A DNA stretch of 64,000 nt from Candidatus Adlerbacteria bacterium (lineage in GTDB: Bacteria > Patescibacteriota > Minisyncoccia > Phycocordibacterales > SBAW01): the NCBI GenBank assembly GCA_026397405.1, contig JAPLUW010000001.1, positions 239,825 through 303,824 of the forward strand, read 5' to 3'. Position numbers and translations under genes: made by a program. The notes below the pieces were generated by a model. The model saw only the letters and a program-made list of their open reading frames with translations, made no database searches and was not told where the DNA came from. Positions 1 to 8,409 of this stretch are shown here, one piece after another; positions within the stretch are counted from its first letter, which is position 1, and each line of letters opens with the position of its first letter.

Positions 1-1
1 A

Positions 2-187
2 CCAAAACCAGAAGGAGGGATTCCTTCAACTGTAGTATTTATTGTAGGACTGTTAGCTGTTCTCGGGGCACTCTGGTGGGTGCAAGGCGGCCCAAACCGG
101 CCACAGCCAGGGGCAGACACTACAAACACACCACCATCCGACTACACTAATGTCGACGCAAACGCACAAGTAGACTCGCAGTACTAG
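2..187 (+). CDS. 3' part of a small membrane protein (truncated by window edge)
   Basis: Open frame PKPEGGIPSTVVFIVGLLAVLGALWWVQGG...DSQY* with one TM helix; stop TAG lies 1 nt before the next ATG. Confidence 0.6.
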   Translation, partial: PKPEGGIPSTVVFIVGLLAVLGALWWVQGGPNRPQPGADTTNTPPSDYTNVDANAQVDSQY

Positions 188-188
188 T

Positions 189-590
189 ATGCTCAACCCT
201 TTCCCTCAACTACTGTTCCTTGGGTTTTTTGTACCTACATTGTTGCGCCTTGCTGTTGCTATTGCACTTGGCTACAGCGCGTACCAGATTTTGAAACATC
301 GGGACGTTATTTCAAACATGTCACTTCCCATACTCGGCAAGCCACATGTGGCACTCGTATGGGTTTCGACATCAGCCACAGCACTTGTCGCGGCTGCATT
401 ACTTTTTGGATACGGTACACAATATGCGGCAGTCCTTGGTGCTGTTATCTCACTCAAATATTCGTTCATCCCAAGTCGCTTGCACGCTTTGTCCCCTCTC
501 TCACGCTCTGCATACCTACTTATGTTTGTAATATCTCTTTCCCTTTTGATAAGTGGGGCTGGTGCGTTTGCGATGGACTTGCCGCTATAG
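189..590 (+). CDS. DoxX-like integral membrane protein
   Basis: 133 aa, four hydrophobic segments, LLRLA near the N-terminus and C-terminal GAGAFAMD typical of the DoxX family. Confidence 0.65.
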   Translation: MLNPFPQLLFLGFFVPTLLRLAVAIALGYSAYQILKHRDVISNMSLPILGKPHVALVWVSTSATALVAAALLFGYGTQYAAVLGAVISLKYSFIPSRLHALSPLSRSAYLLMFVISLSLLISGAGAFAMDLPL

Positions 591-591
591 G

Positions 592-1140
592 ATGGCGGGT
601 ACAAAAAAGCTCCACCTCGAAAAGGTCCTCGGATCTCCTGCCCCCGGCAGGCCAGACCATTTTCTCACTGGCCTTTTTTGTACCCTAGTGCTTCACAACA
701 TCCGGAGCGTGCATAACGTTGGTTCTATATTTCGCACGGCGGATGCCGCCGGCGTTACAAAAATTATCTTGGTCGGATACACCCCTACTCCTCTCGACCG
801 TTTTGGCCGAGCGCGTAAAGACTTTGCAAAAGTGTCGCTTGGAGCAGAAAACACTGTAGTCTGGGAGCAGGTAGAGACATTTGCAGAGGCGGTAACAAAA
901 GTAAAAGAAGCAGGTTGTACAGTTGTTGCCCTAGAGCAAGACGCAGCCTCTGTCCCCCTGTTTGAATATAAAACACCCACAAAAAATATTGCTTTGGTAT
1001 TGGGGAGTGAAGTAGAGGGTATTTTAAAAAGCGAACTGGCTCTGTGCGATGCAGTGGTCGAGATCCCCATGCACGGTACAAAAGAGTCGTTAAATGTCTC
1101 TGTTGCTGCGGGTATTGCGCTGTTTTCACTACTAAAATAA
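592..1140 (+). CDS. TrmH/SpoU family RNA 2'-O-methyltransferase with an N-terminal extension from a palindromic element
   Basis: SPOUT motifs LHNIRSVHNVGSIFRTADAAG, LVLGSEVEG, IPMHGTKESLNVSVAAGI; ATG at 592 directly after the upstream stop. Confidence 0.9.
   Translation: MAGTKKLHLEKVLGSPAPGRPDHFLTGLFCTLVLHNIRSVHNVGSIFRTADAAGVTKIILVGYTPTPLDRFGRARKDFAKVSLGAENTVVWEQVETFAEAVTKVKEAGCTVVALEQDAASVPLFEYKTPTKNIALVLGSEVEGILKSELALCDAVVEIPMHGTKESLNVSVAAGIALFSLLK
597..685 (+). repeat. Intragenic palindromic element, copy 1 (trmH)
   Basis: Core GAAAAGGTCCTCGGATCTCCTGCCCCCGGCAGGCCAGACCATTTTC shared with the copies at ~3.9 kb and ~39.8 kb; perfect 13-bp inverted arms GGGTACAAAAAAG (597-609) / CTTTTTTGTACCC (673-685). 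Confidence 0.85.
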
Positions 1141-1146
1141 AAATAC

Positions 1147-1191
1147 GCCGGAGAGGCCATCTCTAACTTAATAGAAGACGACCTCTCCGGC
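1147..1191. terminator. Hairpin between convergent trmH and small membrane ORF
   Basis: GCCGGAGAGG...CCTCTCCGGC stem; T-rich tail on the minus strand. Confidence 0.55.
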
Positions 1192-1279
1192 TTATGACAT
1201 CTTCGACATAGAAGAATTTGTTTATGTGTACACTTTTTGTAACTCTACAAGTATAGAAAAGTCACCGTGAAGAAACGTT

Positions 1280-1316
1280 GAAGGGCGGCGTTGGTTTTCA
1301 CCAAACGCCGCCCTTG
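1280..1316 (-). terminator. Hairpin directly after the 1321-1518 ORF
   Basis: AAGGGCGGCGTTGG...CCAAACGCCGCCCTT inverted repeat. Confidence 0.55.
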
Positions 1317-1320
1317 TGAA

Positions 1321-1518
1321 CTACTTGTGACTCCTCCTGAGGATAAAGCCCAAGGTCGCGAGAATCACCGCGACACAGAGGAAGGCAGTGCCTCCAACTG
1401 CCCCGAAGACAACCCCCACGAAGATCACGATGATCTTCGCTTGCCAGGGCAACCCGCCGAACCAGCGGATGAAGCCCTTCATCATGCTGAGGCAGAGTAA
1501 CTCAAAAGCCTTTTTCAT
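1321..1518 (-). CDS. Small ORFan membrane protein (65 aa)
   Basis: Hydrophobic hairpin with basic C-tail; own consensus promoter, GGGG SD-like leader and downstream hairpin. Confidence 0.7.
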   Translation of the reverse strand: MKKAFELLCLSMMKGFIRWFGGLPWQAKIIVIFVGVVFGAVGGTAFLCVAVILATLGFILRRSHK

Positions 1519-1558
1519 CTTTTTTCCCCAAGAAAATATATGGTGTACGTTCTCTTAT

Positions 1559-1587
1559 ATTATATACTATTTGGGAGTGTTTGTCAA
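1559..1587 (-). promoter_or_regulatory. Consensus sigma70 promoter of the 1321-1518 ORF
   Basis: TTGACA-17 bp-TATAAT on the minus strand. Confidence 0.8.
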
Positions 1588-1639
1588 GGGATTAAAAAGG
1601 TTGAGAAATAAAGAGACTTTATGCTACAGTGCGTGCAAT

Positions 1640-1712
1640 GCGCCCATAGCTCAGTTGGTAGAGCGGCTCCCTTTTAAGGAGATGGTCCTTGGTTCGAATC
1701 CAAGTGGGCGCA
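1640..1712 (+). tRNA. tRNA-Lys(UUU)
   Basis: Cloverleaf GCGCCCA...TGGGCGC-A, anticodon loop CTTTTAA, T-loop GTTCGAATC; no encoded CCA. Confidence 0.95.
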
Positions 1713-1845
1713 CAAAAGACAGAAACACCTCCCCTACGGGAGGTTTTTCTGTCTTTTGTGCGAGGCAGAGCGTTGCTGTGCAATTGCACAGCCGCGAGCT
1801 GGGGTCGAGAAAATTCTGAGCGACGGCGAAGAATTATTCGTGACC
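1709..1845 (+). repeat. tRNA-trailing hairpin array (terminator plus palindromic element)
   Basis: 17-bp inverted repeat CGCACAAAAGACAGAAA (1709-1725) / TTTCTGTCTTTTGTGCG (1746-1762), then GCTGTGCAATTGCACAGC and GGTC...AATTCT...AGAATT...GACC hairpins. Confidence 0.6.
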
Positions 1846-1853
1846 ACAAAAAT

Positions 1854-2417
1854 CTATAGCGTGAGCACAAACTGCTCGAGCAGCAGTTCCAAGTCCCCTG
1901 CTCCGCGGTGCGAGTCGTGGTACAAAGTTACGATTTCGCGAGAAAGCGCCGCATCTTTCATGTTCCGCGCTTTCCATGCCAAGAGGCCGGCAATTGCTTC
2001 GGGTTTTTCTCCGGCGCGGAGCGACTTTGCAACGCCGAGCCATAACTTTTTTTTATCGCGGTTCCCGAGCGCTGCAGCAACTCCAAACTGGTCAAACTTC
2101 CATTCAGCTGCTTTCTTTTTTTCTTGGACTTCGGCTTTCACTCCAGCTTTTGCCAGTGCATCGCTTGGTTTTTTAAGCAGTTTCTCTTCTTCAAAAATAA
2201 ATGTATGTGGCGAAAGGACAAGACCCTTTGCGAGCGAAATAAATTCATCTCCCCGCTCGCCACTAAGCGCGCCGGTTAGTACGAATGTTTGCGTGTCACC
2301 AAGGAGTGACGCAGTCGAGGCAAGCGTGCCAAGCTCCTCTGCAGTTATGTCTTCCCACCGCAGCTCTTCTGCACCCACCCCTACTCCAGCACTTTTCCCT
2401 ACAACAACGCGCATCAT
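1854..2417 (-). CDS. holA: Reduced DNA polymerase III delta subunit (HolA-like)
   Basis: SLLG motif, FGVAAALGNRDKKKLWL...GEKPEAI helices and C-terminal SHRGAGDLELLLEQFVL resemble HolA; only 187 aa; overlaps the polA stop. Confidence 0.55.
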   Translation of the reverse strand: MMRVVVGKSAGVGVGAEELRWEDITAEELGTLASTASLLGDTQTFVLTGALSGERGDEFISLAKGLVLSPHTFIFEEEKLLKKPSDALAKAGVKAEVQEKKKAAEWKFDQFGVAAALGNRDKKKLWLGVAKSLRAGEKPEAIAGLLAWKARNMKDAALSREIVTLYHDSHRGAGDLELLLEQFVLTL

Positions 2418-4873
2418 ATTTTTAATTCCTTCATCTCGCCCCAGTTAGTTCCCACCTTACCTTCCGCAGTAAACGGGATGCCGTGCGCGTCTTTCGCGTC
2501 TACCACCTGCTCCATTAGTTTCTTTATATGTGCGGCGGCACCTTGTACAGCGTCTTTTTTAATTTCAAACACCAACTCGTCATGCACCTGCAACAACATA
2601 TGTACGCCTTCTGCTGTTTTCCCCTCGGCGAGCCATTGCCCTATATGGACCATTGCAAGCTTGAGCATGTCGGCCGCACTACCCTGGAACGGTGCATTTA
2701 CCGCAGCACGCTCCGCTGCAGCACGCACAAAAGGAATAGACGATTTAATTCCTTCCACGTAGCGTTTGCGACCAAAAAAAGTTTCGGTGTAGCCCACTCG
2801 TGTGGCATCTCCTTTTATTTCATCTAAGTAGGCGGCCAAACGTGGGAACGCTTCAAAGTATTGGTTATAAAATTCCTGCGCTTCGCTACGTGTCGTACCC
2901 AAAGACTCGCGCAGCGCATTTACACCCATACCGTAGAGGATGCCGAAGTTAATAACCTTCGCACGGCGACGCTGCTCGTATGAAACATCTTCCGGCTGCA
3001 CGTGGAACACGCGTGTCGCAACTTCTGTATGGACATCGCGACCATTTTTAAAAATATCTATAAGCGACTCGTCTTTTGAAAGGAGCGCCGCAATGCGCAG
3101 TTCAATTTGCGAATAGTCGAACGACACCAACTCCATCCCCTCGCTTGCAACAAACGCGTGGCGTATTGCCCGGCCAAGTTCTGTTTTAATAGGAATGTTT
3201 TGGAGGTTCGGGTTTTTAGACGCCATGCGCCCGGTTGATGCACCAATTTGTACATACGACGTATGCAAACGGTCGCCACTGTCGAGCAGTTGCGGAATGG
3301 TGTCTATGTAGGTCGAAAGCAGTTTTTGCAATTCGCGATGATGCAAAATGTCGCCGACAATCGGGTGCAGGTCGCGCATTTTCTCCAACTCCGACTCACG
3401 TGTGGAACGCTGTCCCCCTGCTGTCTTTTTTTGGTTTTTTACCGCAAGCCCAAGCGTGTCAAACAATATGTCGCCCAACTGTTTGGGCGAATTGATATTA
3501 AACTCCTGCCCTGCTGCTGCGAAAATGCGCTTTGCAATTAAGTTAAGTTCGGTGTGATATTTCTTTGAAAGATCTTGTAGAAACTTCCTGTCTACCAACA
3601 CGCCGCGCGCTTCCATCGTGCGTAGCACGGGCGAAAGCGGGAGTTCCATTTTTTCGTATATAAACTCTAACTTTTCTTTTTTGATTTCTGCCAAAATATT
3701 GGCTCCGGCTTCAGCAAATTTCTCTGCCCGTCCCACACGATACATGTCGTCTAAAGTTGGCTCTGTAATTGTTGGGTCAAGTACCGACACTGCCAATGCT
3801 ATTTTTGCAAATTCATCTTTTGGCACATCTTCGACAGGAGCCATATCTGCAAACATATCAACCTGCCCAGAAACGGAGAGTAAATTGTCCTGAGAAAAAG
3901 TCTGGCCGTGCGTAGCAAGGAGATCCGAGGACTTTTTCGAAGGAGCTATTTGCTCGGAGCCCCCAGCATTAAATAGCTTATTCACTCGCGGCAACAACGA
4001 GCGGAAATCAAACTCTGCAAACATTGCCAGTACTTTTTCGCGTGAGATACTCTCCTGCCATTCGTGTTCGGGCATTACAAAATTGATAGGCGCATCGAGG
4101 CGAATTTGCGCCAACCCTTTTGAAAATAGCGCGTCTTCCTCCCCTCCCTTCAACTTCTCCATCATGCCATCTTTTATCCCCGCTTCTACCAGTTTCTCTG
4201 GATTCTTTTTTAGCGTCTTATATATGTTCTCGACACTACCAAATTGCGAAATTAAAATGCCTGCAGTTTTTTCGCCAATGCCTTTAACACCTGGAATGTT
4301 GTCCGACGGGTCGCCACGCAAACCTTTGTAGTCAGGGATTAATTCCGGCCCAAATTGGAACCTCTCAAACACTGCTGCTTCGTTATACAAAATTGTATCG
4401 GCTATGCCCTTTTTAAACGTAAACACACGCACGCGGTCGTCATCAACTAATTGCAGCATGTCCATGTCACCCGAGGCAATAACCAGGTCGACCTTGGTCT
4501 TTTTCATCTCTTCTGCAACCGTACCTATAACATCATCGGCTTCGAAGCCTTCACACTCATACAAAGGGATCCCAAAAGCCGCCAACACATCGCGGCTACG
4601 TATTATTTGCGCTACCAGCGCGTCGTCGGTTTCTTTCCGCTGTGCTTTATATTTTTCATACGCCAAGTGGCGGTGTGTGGGGCCCGGCAGGTCGAAGGCT
4701 GCAACGACATAGTCGGGCTTTAAATCTGTAGCAATTTTTAAGAGCATCGACACCAACCCATACAGAGCGCCTGTAGGCTCGCCTTTTTTGGATACAAAGT
4801 CGGGCAGCGCGTGGTACCCGCGATGCAAGATCGCATGGGTGTCGAGTATAACAAGCCGCTTTTTTTCCTTCAT
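2414..4873 (-). CDS. polA: DNA polymerase I (5'-3' exonuclease plus polymerase; 3'-5' exonuclease region largely absent)
   Basis: EADDVIGT, GDPSDNIPGVKGIGEKTA, NPNLQNIP, DYSQIELR, AKVINFGILYG, LLQVHDEL motifs. Confidence 0.97.
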   Translation of the reverse strand: MKEKKRLVILDTHAILHRGYHALPDFVSKKGEPTGALYGLVSMLLKIATDLKPDYVVAAFDLPGPTHRHLAYEKYKAQRKETDDALVAQIIRSRDVLAAFGIPLYECEGFEADDVIGTVAEEMKKTKVDLVIASGDMDMLQLVDDDRVRVFTFKKGIADTILYNEAAVFERFQFGPELIPDYKGLRGDPSDNIPGVKGIGEKTAGILISQFGSVENIYKTLKKNPEKLVEAGIKDGMMEKLKGGEEDALFSKGLAQIRLDAPINFVMPEHEWQESISREKVLAMFAEFDFRSLLPRVNKLFNAGGSEQIAPSKKSSDLLATHGQTFSQDNLLSVSGQVDMFADMAPVEDVPKDEFAKIALAVSVLDPTITEPTLDDMYRVGRAEKFAEAGANILAEIKKEKLEFIYEKMELPLSPVLRTMEARGVLVDRKFLQDLSKKYHTELNLIAKRIFAAAGQEFNINSPKQLGDILFDTLGLAVKNQKKTAGGQRSTRESELEKMRDLHPIVGDILHHRELQKLLSTYIDTIPQLLDSGDRLHTSYVQIGASTGRMASKNPNLQNIPIKTELGRAIRHAFVASEGMELVSFDYSQIELRIAALLSKDESLIDIFKNGRDVHTEVATRVFHVQPEDVSYEQRRRAKVINFGILYGMGVNALRESLGTTRSEAQEFYNQYFEAFPRLAAYLDEIKGDATRVGYTETFFGRKRYVEGIKSSIPFVRAAAERAAVNAPFQGSAADMLKLAMVHIGQWLAEGKTAEGVHMLLQVHDELVFEIKKDAVQGAAAHIKKLMEQVVDAKDAHGIPFTAEGKVGTNWGEMKELKI
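3878..3955 (-). repeat. Intragenic palindromic element, copy 2 (polA linker)
   Basis: Coding strand GAAAAAGTCCTCGGATCTCCTTGCTACGCACGGCCAGACTTTTTC encodes KKSSDLLATHGQTFS; imperfect outer arms GAGCAAATAGCTCCT / AGGACAATTTACTC. Confidence 0.85.
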
Positions 4874-5301
4874 GCTACTTCAATATACCGCTCTTCCTCA
4901 CTTGCGCCATCAGCGGAAAAATTTAACACAATGTCGGGCATGGGGAGCTGCCCTTCGACACGCTCGGGCCATTCAATAACGACCAGTGCTTCTTTGTCGG
5001 AAAGAAACTGCTCGGGCAGGAGTGCACTAAATTGCTCGGGCGCATCCAGCCGGTATGCGTCTATGTGCACTAATTTTTTAAAACGACCGAATGAGATTGG
5101 ATACGACTTCATTAACACATACGTTGGGCTCTGCACTACTTCCACGACGCCTACTGCACAAGCAAGTTCTTGCGTAAATGTTGTCTTGCCTGCACCCAAG
5201 TTCCCGCGCAGTGCAATAACAGCCGCACGCTCCCCCACCACGGGGATGCGTTGCAACACTTCCTGCACAAAGTTGGGCAATTCTTCTTTCTGTACTTTCA
5301 T
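4870..5301 (-). CDS. tsaE: tRNA threonylcarbamoyladenosine biosynthesis ATPase TsaE
   Basis: GNLGAGKTTF, VQSPTY, HIDAYRL, IEWPE motifs. Confidence 0.95.
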   Translation of the reverse strand: MKVQKEELPNFVQEVLQRIPVVGERAAVIALRGNLGAGKTTFTQELACAVGVVEVVQSPTYVLMKSYPISFGRFKKLVHIDAYRLDAPEQFSALLPEQFLSDKEALVVIEWPERVEGQLPMPDIVLNFSADGASEEERYIEVA

Positions 5302-5349
5302 ACGGGCAGTCTAGCAAATTTCTAGAGAAATGCGTTGTATGATGTATAT

Positions 5350-7035
5350 ATGACTGTAGTCTTTGGAGATGATGAACAAGAAAAGCACGTCGACTTCCTC
5401 AAACGCCGCGAGGAAGAAGAGTTGTCGCAAATGTTGTCACACAAATATGGCGTCGACTATATCGACCTTTCACTTGTTGCAGTTAACAGCGATGCACTGC
5501 GCCTAATACCCGACGCTGTAGCGCGCGCTGCAGAAATGGCAGCGTTCGGGCTTGTCGGCAAGCGCATAAGTCTTGCCGTGCGCGCCCCGCTTAACCCAAA
5601 AGTGCAGGAAGAAGTTAAGCGGCTTACAGAAGCTGGTTACACACCAGTACTTTTTATGGCATCGAAGGAAAGTTTAAAGCGTGCTTACGACCACTACTCG
5701 GAACTCTCCTACGCAACCGAGTCAAAAGCTGGTGTGTTTAATCTTTCCAATACTGAACTTGAAGAAATTCTTGTAAAAGTAAAAAGCCTCGCAGACATCG
5801 GTGCACTTATAGACGAAGCAGTTAAGTCCATGAAGCACACATACCGCATTACCCGCATATTGGAAGTTATTTTGGCAGGAGGCCTTTCAACTGGTGCGTC
5901 CGACATCCACTTTGAGCCAGAAGAAGCTGCTGTGCGCTTGCGCTACCGCCTAGACGGTGTGCTTATCGACGTACTGACGTTTGACCACGAAACATATCGC
6001 TTGGTGTTGTCTCGCCTCAAACTCCTTTCGGGTTTGAAATTAAATATTGTTGCCGACGCGCAAGACGGGCGTTTTAGTATCAAAGTAAAAGGCGACGAAA
6101 TAGAATTGCGCACCTCTATTTTGCCTGGCAACTATGCCGAGACGATGGTCTTGCGTATTTTGAACCCAAAGTCTATTGCCGTACCCCTGGAAGAACTCGG
6201 TATCGAACCAAAGCTGCTCGAGAAAATTGCAAAAGAAATTGCAAAACCAAACGGTATGATTTTGACAACCGGCCCCACCGGTAGCGGTAAGACAACAACG
6301 CTCTACGCGTTTATGCGTAAGGTCAACAGCACCGAAACAAAAATAATTACTATTGAAGACCCAGTCGAATATCACCTAAACGGCATCGTGCAAACGCAGG
6401 TCGACAAAAAAAACTACACCTTTGCTGCGGGTTTGCGTTCTGCTTTGCGGCAGGACCCTGACATTATTATGGTCGGCGAAATCCGCGACGCTGAAGTGGC
6501 AGAAGTTGCGATTAACGCAGCGCTCACGGGCCACTTGGTGTTTTCAACTCTGCACACCAACGACGCAGCGGGTTCGTTCCCCCGCCTTATAGACCTCGGC
6601 GTCAGCGAAAAAGTCTTGAGCTCTGCGGTGAGTGTTGCGATGGCACAGCGCTTGTTGCGCAAACTCTGTACTGCGTGCAAAACAACCCGCCCAGCAAATA
6701 CTGAAGAGGCCGCGACGTTAAAAAAATATCTAGATAGTATTGTCGACAAGTCACTGGTGCCCGAAAATACGTCGCAAATATCTGTGGCAAACGAAGCAGG
6801 GTGCGAACAATGTCACGGCCGTGGATACAAAGGCCGCATTGGCATTTATGAAGCTATTTTTATGGACCGCGCTGTTGAAGAAATTTTACGCAGTAAACCG
6901 AGTGAGCGCGAGATAGCAACCACCTCTCGCTCGCAAGGTGTCCCAACAATGCAAGAAGACGGTATTTTAAAATGTTTGCGTGGTATCACTAGTTTGGAAG
7001 AGCTGCGACGCGTCGTTGATTTGGACGCTGTATAA
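5350..7035 (+). CDS. pilB: Type IV pilus assembly ATPase PilB / GspE family
   Basis: ASDIHFEP, TGPTGSGKTTTLY, TIEDPVEY, LRQDPDIIMVGEIRD, GHLVFSTLHTND and two CxxC zinc motifs. Confidence 0.9.
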   Translation: MTVVFGDDEQEKHVDFLKRREEEELSQMLSHKYGVDYIDLSLVAVNSDALRLIPDAVARAAEMAAFGLVGKRISLAVRAPLNPKVQEEVKRLTEAGYTPVLFMASKESLKRAYDHYSELSYATESKAGVFNLSNTELEEILVKVKSLADIGALIDEAVKSMKHTYRITRILEVILAGGLSTGASDIHFEPEEAAVRLRYRLDGVLIDVLTFDHETYRLVLSRLKLLSGLKLNIVADAQDGRFSIKVKGDEIELRTSILPGNYAETMVLRILNPKSIAVPLEELGIEPKLLEKIAKEIAKPNGMILTTGPTGSGKTTTLYAFMRKVNSTETKIITIEDPVEYHLNGIVQTQVDKKNYTFAAGLRSALRQDPDIIMVGEIRDAEVAEVAINAALTGHLVFSTLHTNDAAGSFPRLIDLGVSEKVLSSAVSVAMAQRLLRKLCTACKTTRPANTEEAATLKKYLDSIVDKSLVPENTSQISVANEAGCEQCHGRGYKGRIGIYEAIFMDRAVEEILRSKPSEREIATTSRSQGVPTMQEDGILKCLRGITSLEELRRVVDLDAV

Positions 7036-7042
7036 AAAGCAC

Positions 7043-7068
7043 AAAAAACCGCACGGTCAACGTTGCGG
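7043..7068 (-). terminator. Terminator for the minus-strand ncRNA transcript
   Basis: CCGCAACG-TTGAC-CGTGCGG followed by TTTTTT on the minus strand. Confidence 0.55.
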
Positions 7069-7132
7069 GAACTCGGGGTAGGAGTACAGTAGAGACAGGC
7101 CCGCCTGCCGGCGGGCAGGTTCTCGAAGTGTG

Positions 7133-7297
7133 TCGAGAGCGCGTACCTCTAAGCAATAATCTTTTTTGACCAGCAAAAAAGCGGAGGACCAGTTCTGAGG
7201 ATAATCCCCGCATTCCACCGTTAAGTGGGTGCCGAAACGTCCTTGTAATGGCTCCAAAACCCTTGCAGGCTCATTGCTTAGAGATATGCACGCTCGA
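7133..7297 (-). ncRNA. Candidate 6S RNA (rod-shaped structured RNA)
   Basis: ~22-bp closing stem (7133-7160 with 7271-7297), central bubble with small hairpins, ~75-nt terminal arm; G-U pairs and a GCAA tetraloop favour the minus strand; flanked by a promoter and a terminator. Confidence 0.5.
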
Positions 7298-7352
7298 AAG
7301 TCGTTTTCCGAATGAGGTAATAAAAAACTCGCGCCATGCGAGATCTGAAACA

Positions 7353-7381
7353 AGGTTAGCATAGTATCGATTTTATGTCAA
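7353..7381 (-). promoter_or_regulatory. Sigma70 promoter for the ncRNA, overlapping the ruvB start
   Basis: TTGACA (7376-7381)-17 bp-TAACCT (7353-7358) with TGn extension. Confidence 0.6.
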
Positions 7382-8397
7382 GTACCTCTGAGGAAGAAAA
7401 ATTTATACCAAGGAACGATACCTTTCTTGACCAAACCTTGCGGCCATCGTCGTTTGACGAATATATTGGGCAAGACACTGTTAAAAGCAATTTACATATT
7501 TTACTTTCTGCAGCAAAAGAGCGCGGCAACCCTCCCGAACACATTCTTTTTTATGGGCCGCCGGGTTTAGGTAAAACAACACTCGCCCACTTAATTGCAA
7601 AAGAACTGGGCGGCAACTTACGCTCTACGTCCGGCCCCGCAATTGAACGTGTCGGCGACTTGGCCGCATTGCTCACTAACCTTGTCCCTGGCGACGTGCT
7701 GTTTATCGACGAAATCCATCGTCTCTCGCGCACTATCGAGGAAGTACTCTACCCTGCTATGGAGTCGGGTGCACTTAATATAATCATCGGCAAAGGCCCC
7801 TCTGCTCGTACGCTTGAGTTGCCGCTACCGCCGTTTACACTTATCGCTGCCACAACCCGCGTTGCCGACCTTTCGGCCCCACTGCGTTCGCGTTTTTCTG
7901 GGGGCGTATTTCGACTCGAATTTTATTCGGAAGACAATATTGCCGACATCGTACGGCGCTCGGCGGGCATTTTAGGTGTTGATATTGAAGAAGGGGGCGT
8001 GCGTGAAATCGCCAAACGCAGCCGCGCGACACCACGCACTGCAAACTACCTGCTTAAACGCGCGCGCGACTTTGCACAACTTAAACGCCTTCCCCTTTCA
8101 GAAACCATAGTTGCCGACGCGCTAGGTCTTTTGGAAGTAGACGCGCTAGGTCTCACACCTATAGACCGCAAACTTCTTATTGCATTAATTGAGCGTTTTA
8201 ACGGCGGCCCTGCAGGCGTTGCAGCACTTGGCGCGGCGCTGTCAGAAGAGCCTACGACAATTTCTGAAGTACACGAACCGTTTCTTTTACAACTTGGGCT
8301 TATTGAACGCACACCACGCGGCCGCGTTGCAACTGCCGCTGCCTATGCACACGTGGGCCGTACACCACCTGCAAACTTGAACGAGAAATTATTGTAA
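7375..8397 (+). CDS. ruvB: Holliday junction branch migration helicase RuvB
   Basis: [44 protein letters not shown] motifs. Confidence 0.97.
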   Translation: MSSTSEEEKFIPRNDTFLDQTLRPSSFDEYIGQDTVKSNLHILLSAAKERGNPPEHILFYGPPGLGKTTLAHLIAKELGGNLRSTSGPAIERVGDLAALLTNLVPGDVLFIDEIHRLSRTIEEVLYPAMESGALNIIIGKGPSARTLELPLPPFTLIAATTRVADLSAPLRSRFSGGVFRLEFYSEDNIADIVRRSAGILGVDIEEGGVREIAKRSRATPRTANYLLKRARDFAQLKRLPLSETIVADALGLLEVDALGLTPIDRKLLIALIERFNGGPAGVAALGAALSEEPTTISEVHEPFLLQLGLIERTPRGRVATAAAYAHVGRTPPANLNEKLL

Positions 8398-8409
8398 TAT
8401 TGTCTGCAT

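Noticed and set aside
359-688. ORF containing SKRSSDLLPPAGQTIFS, similar to the PolA/PNPase insert peptide
   Set aside because: It is an alternative frame over the DoxX and trmH genes; the similarity comes from the DNA repeat, not from a real protein.
7043-7350. tmRNA, RNase P RNA or SRP RNA
   Set aside because: No tRNA-like GGGG...CCA ends, no GAGGAAAGUCC and no SRP helix-8 motif seen.
7057-7362. 101-aa minus-strand ORF
   Set aside because: No recognisable protein features, its start lies inside the promoter spacer, and the region is better explained by RNA structure.
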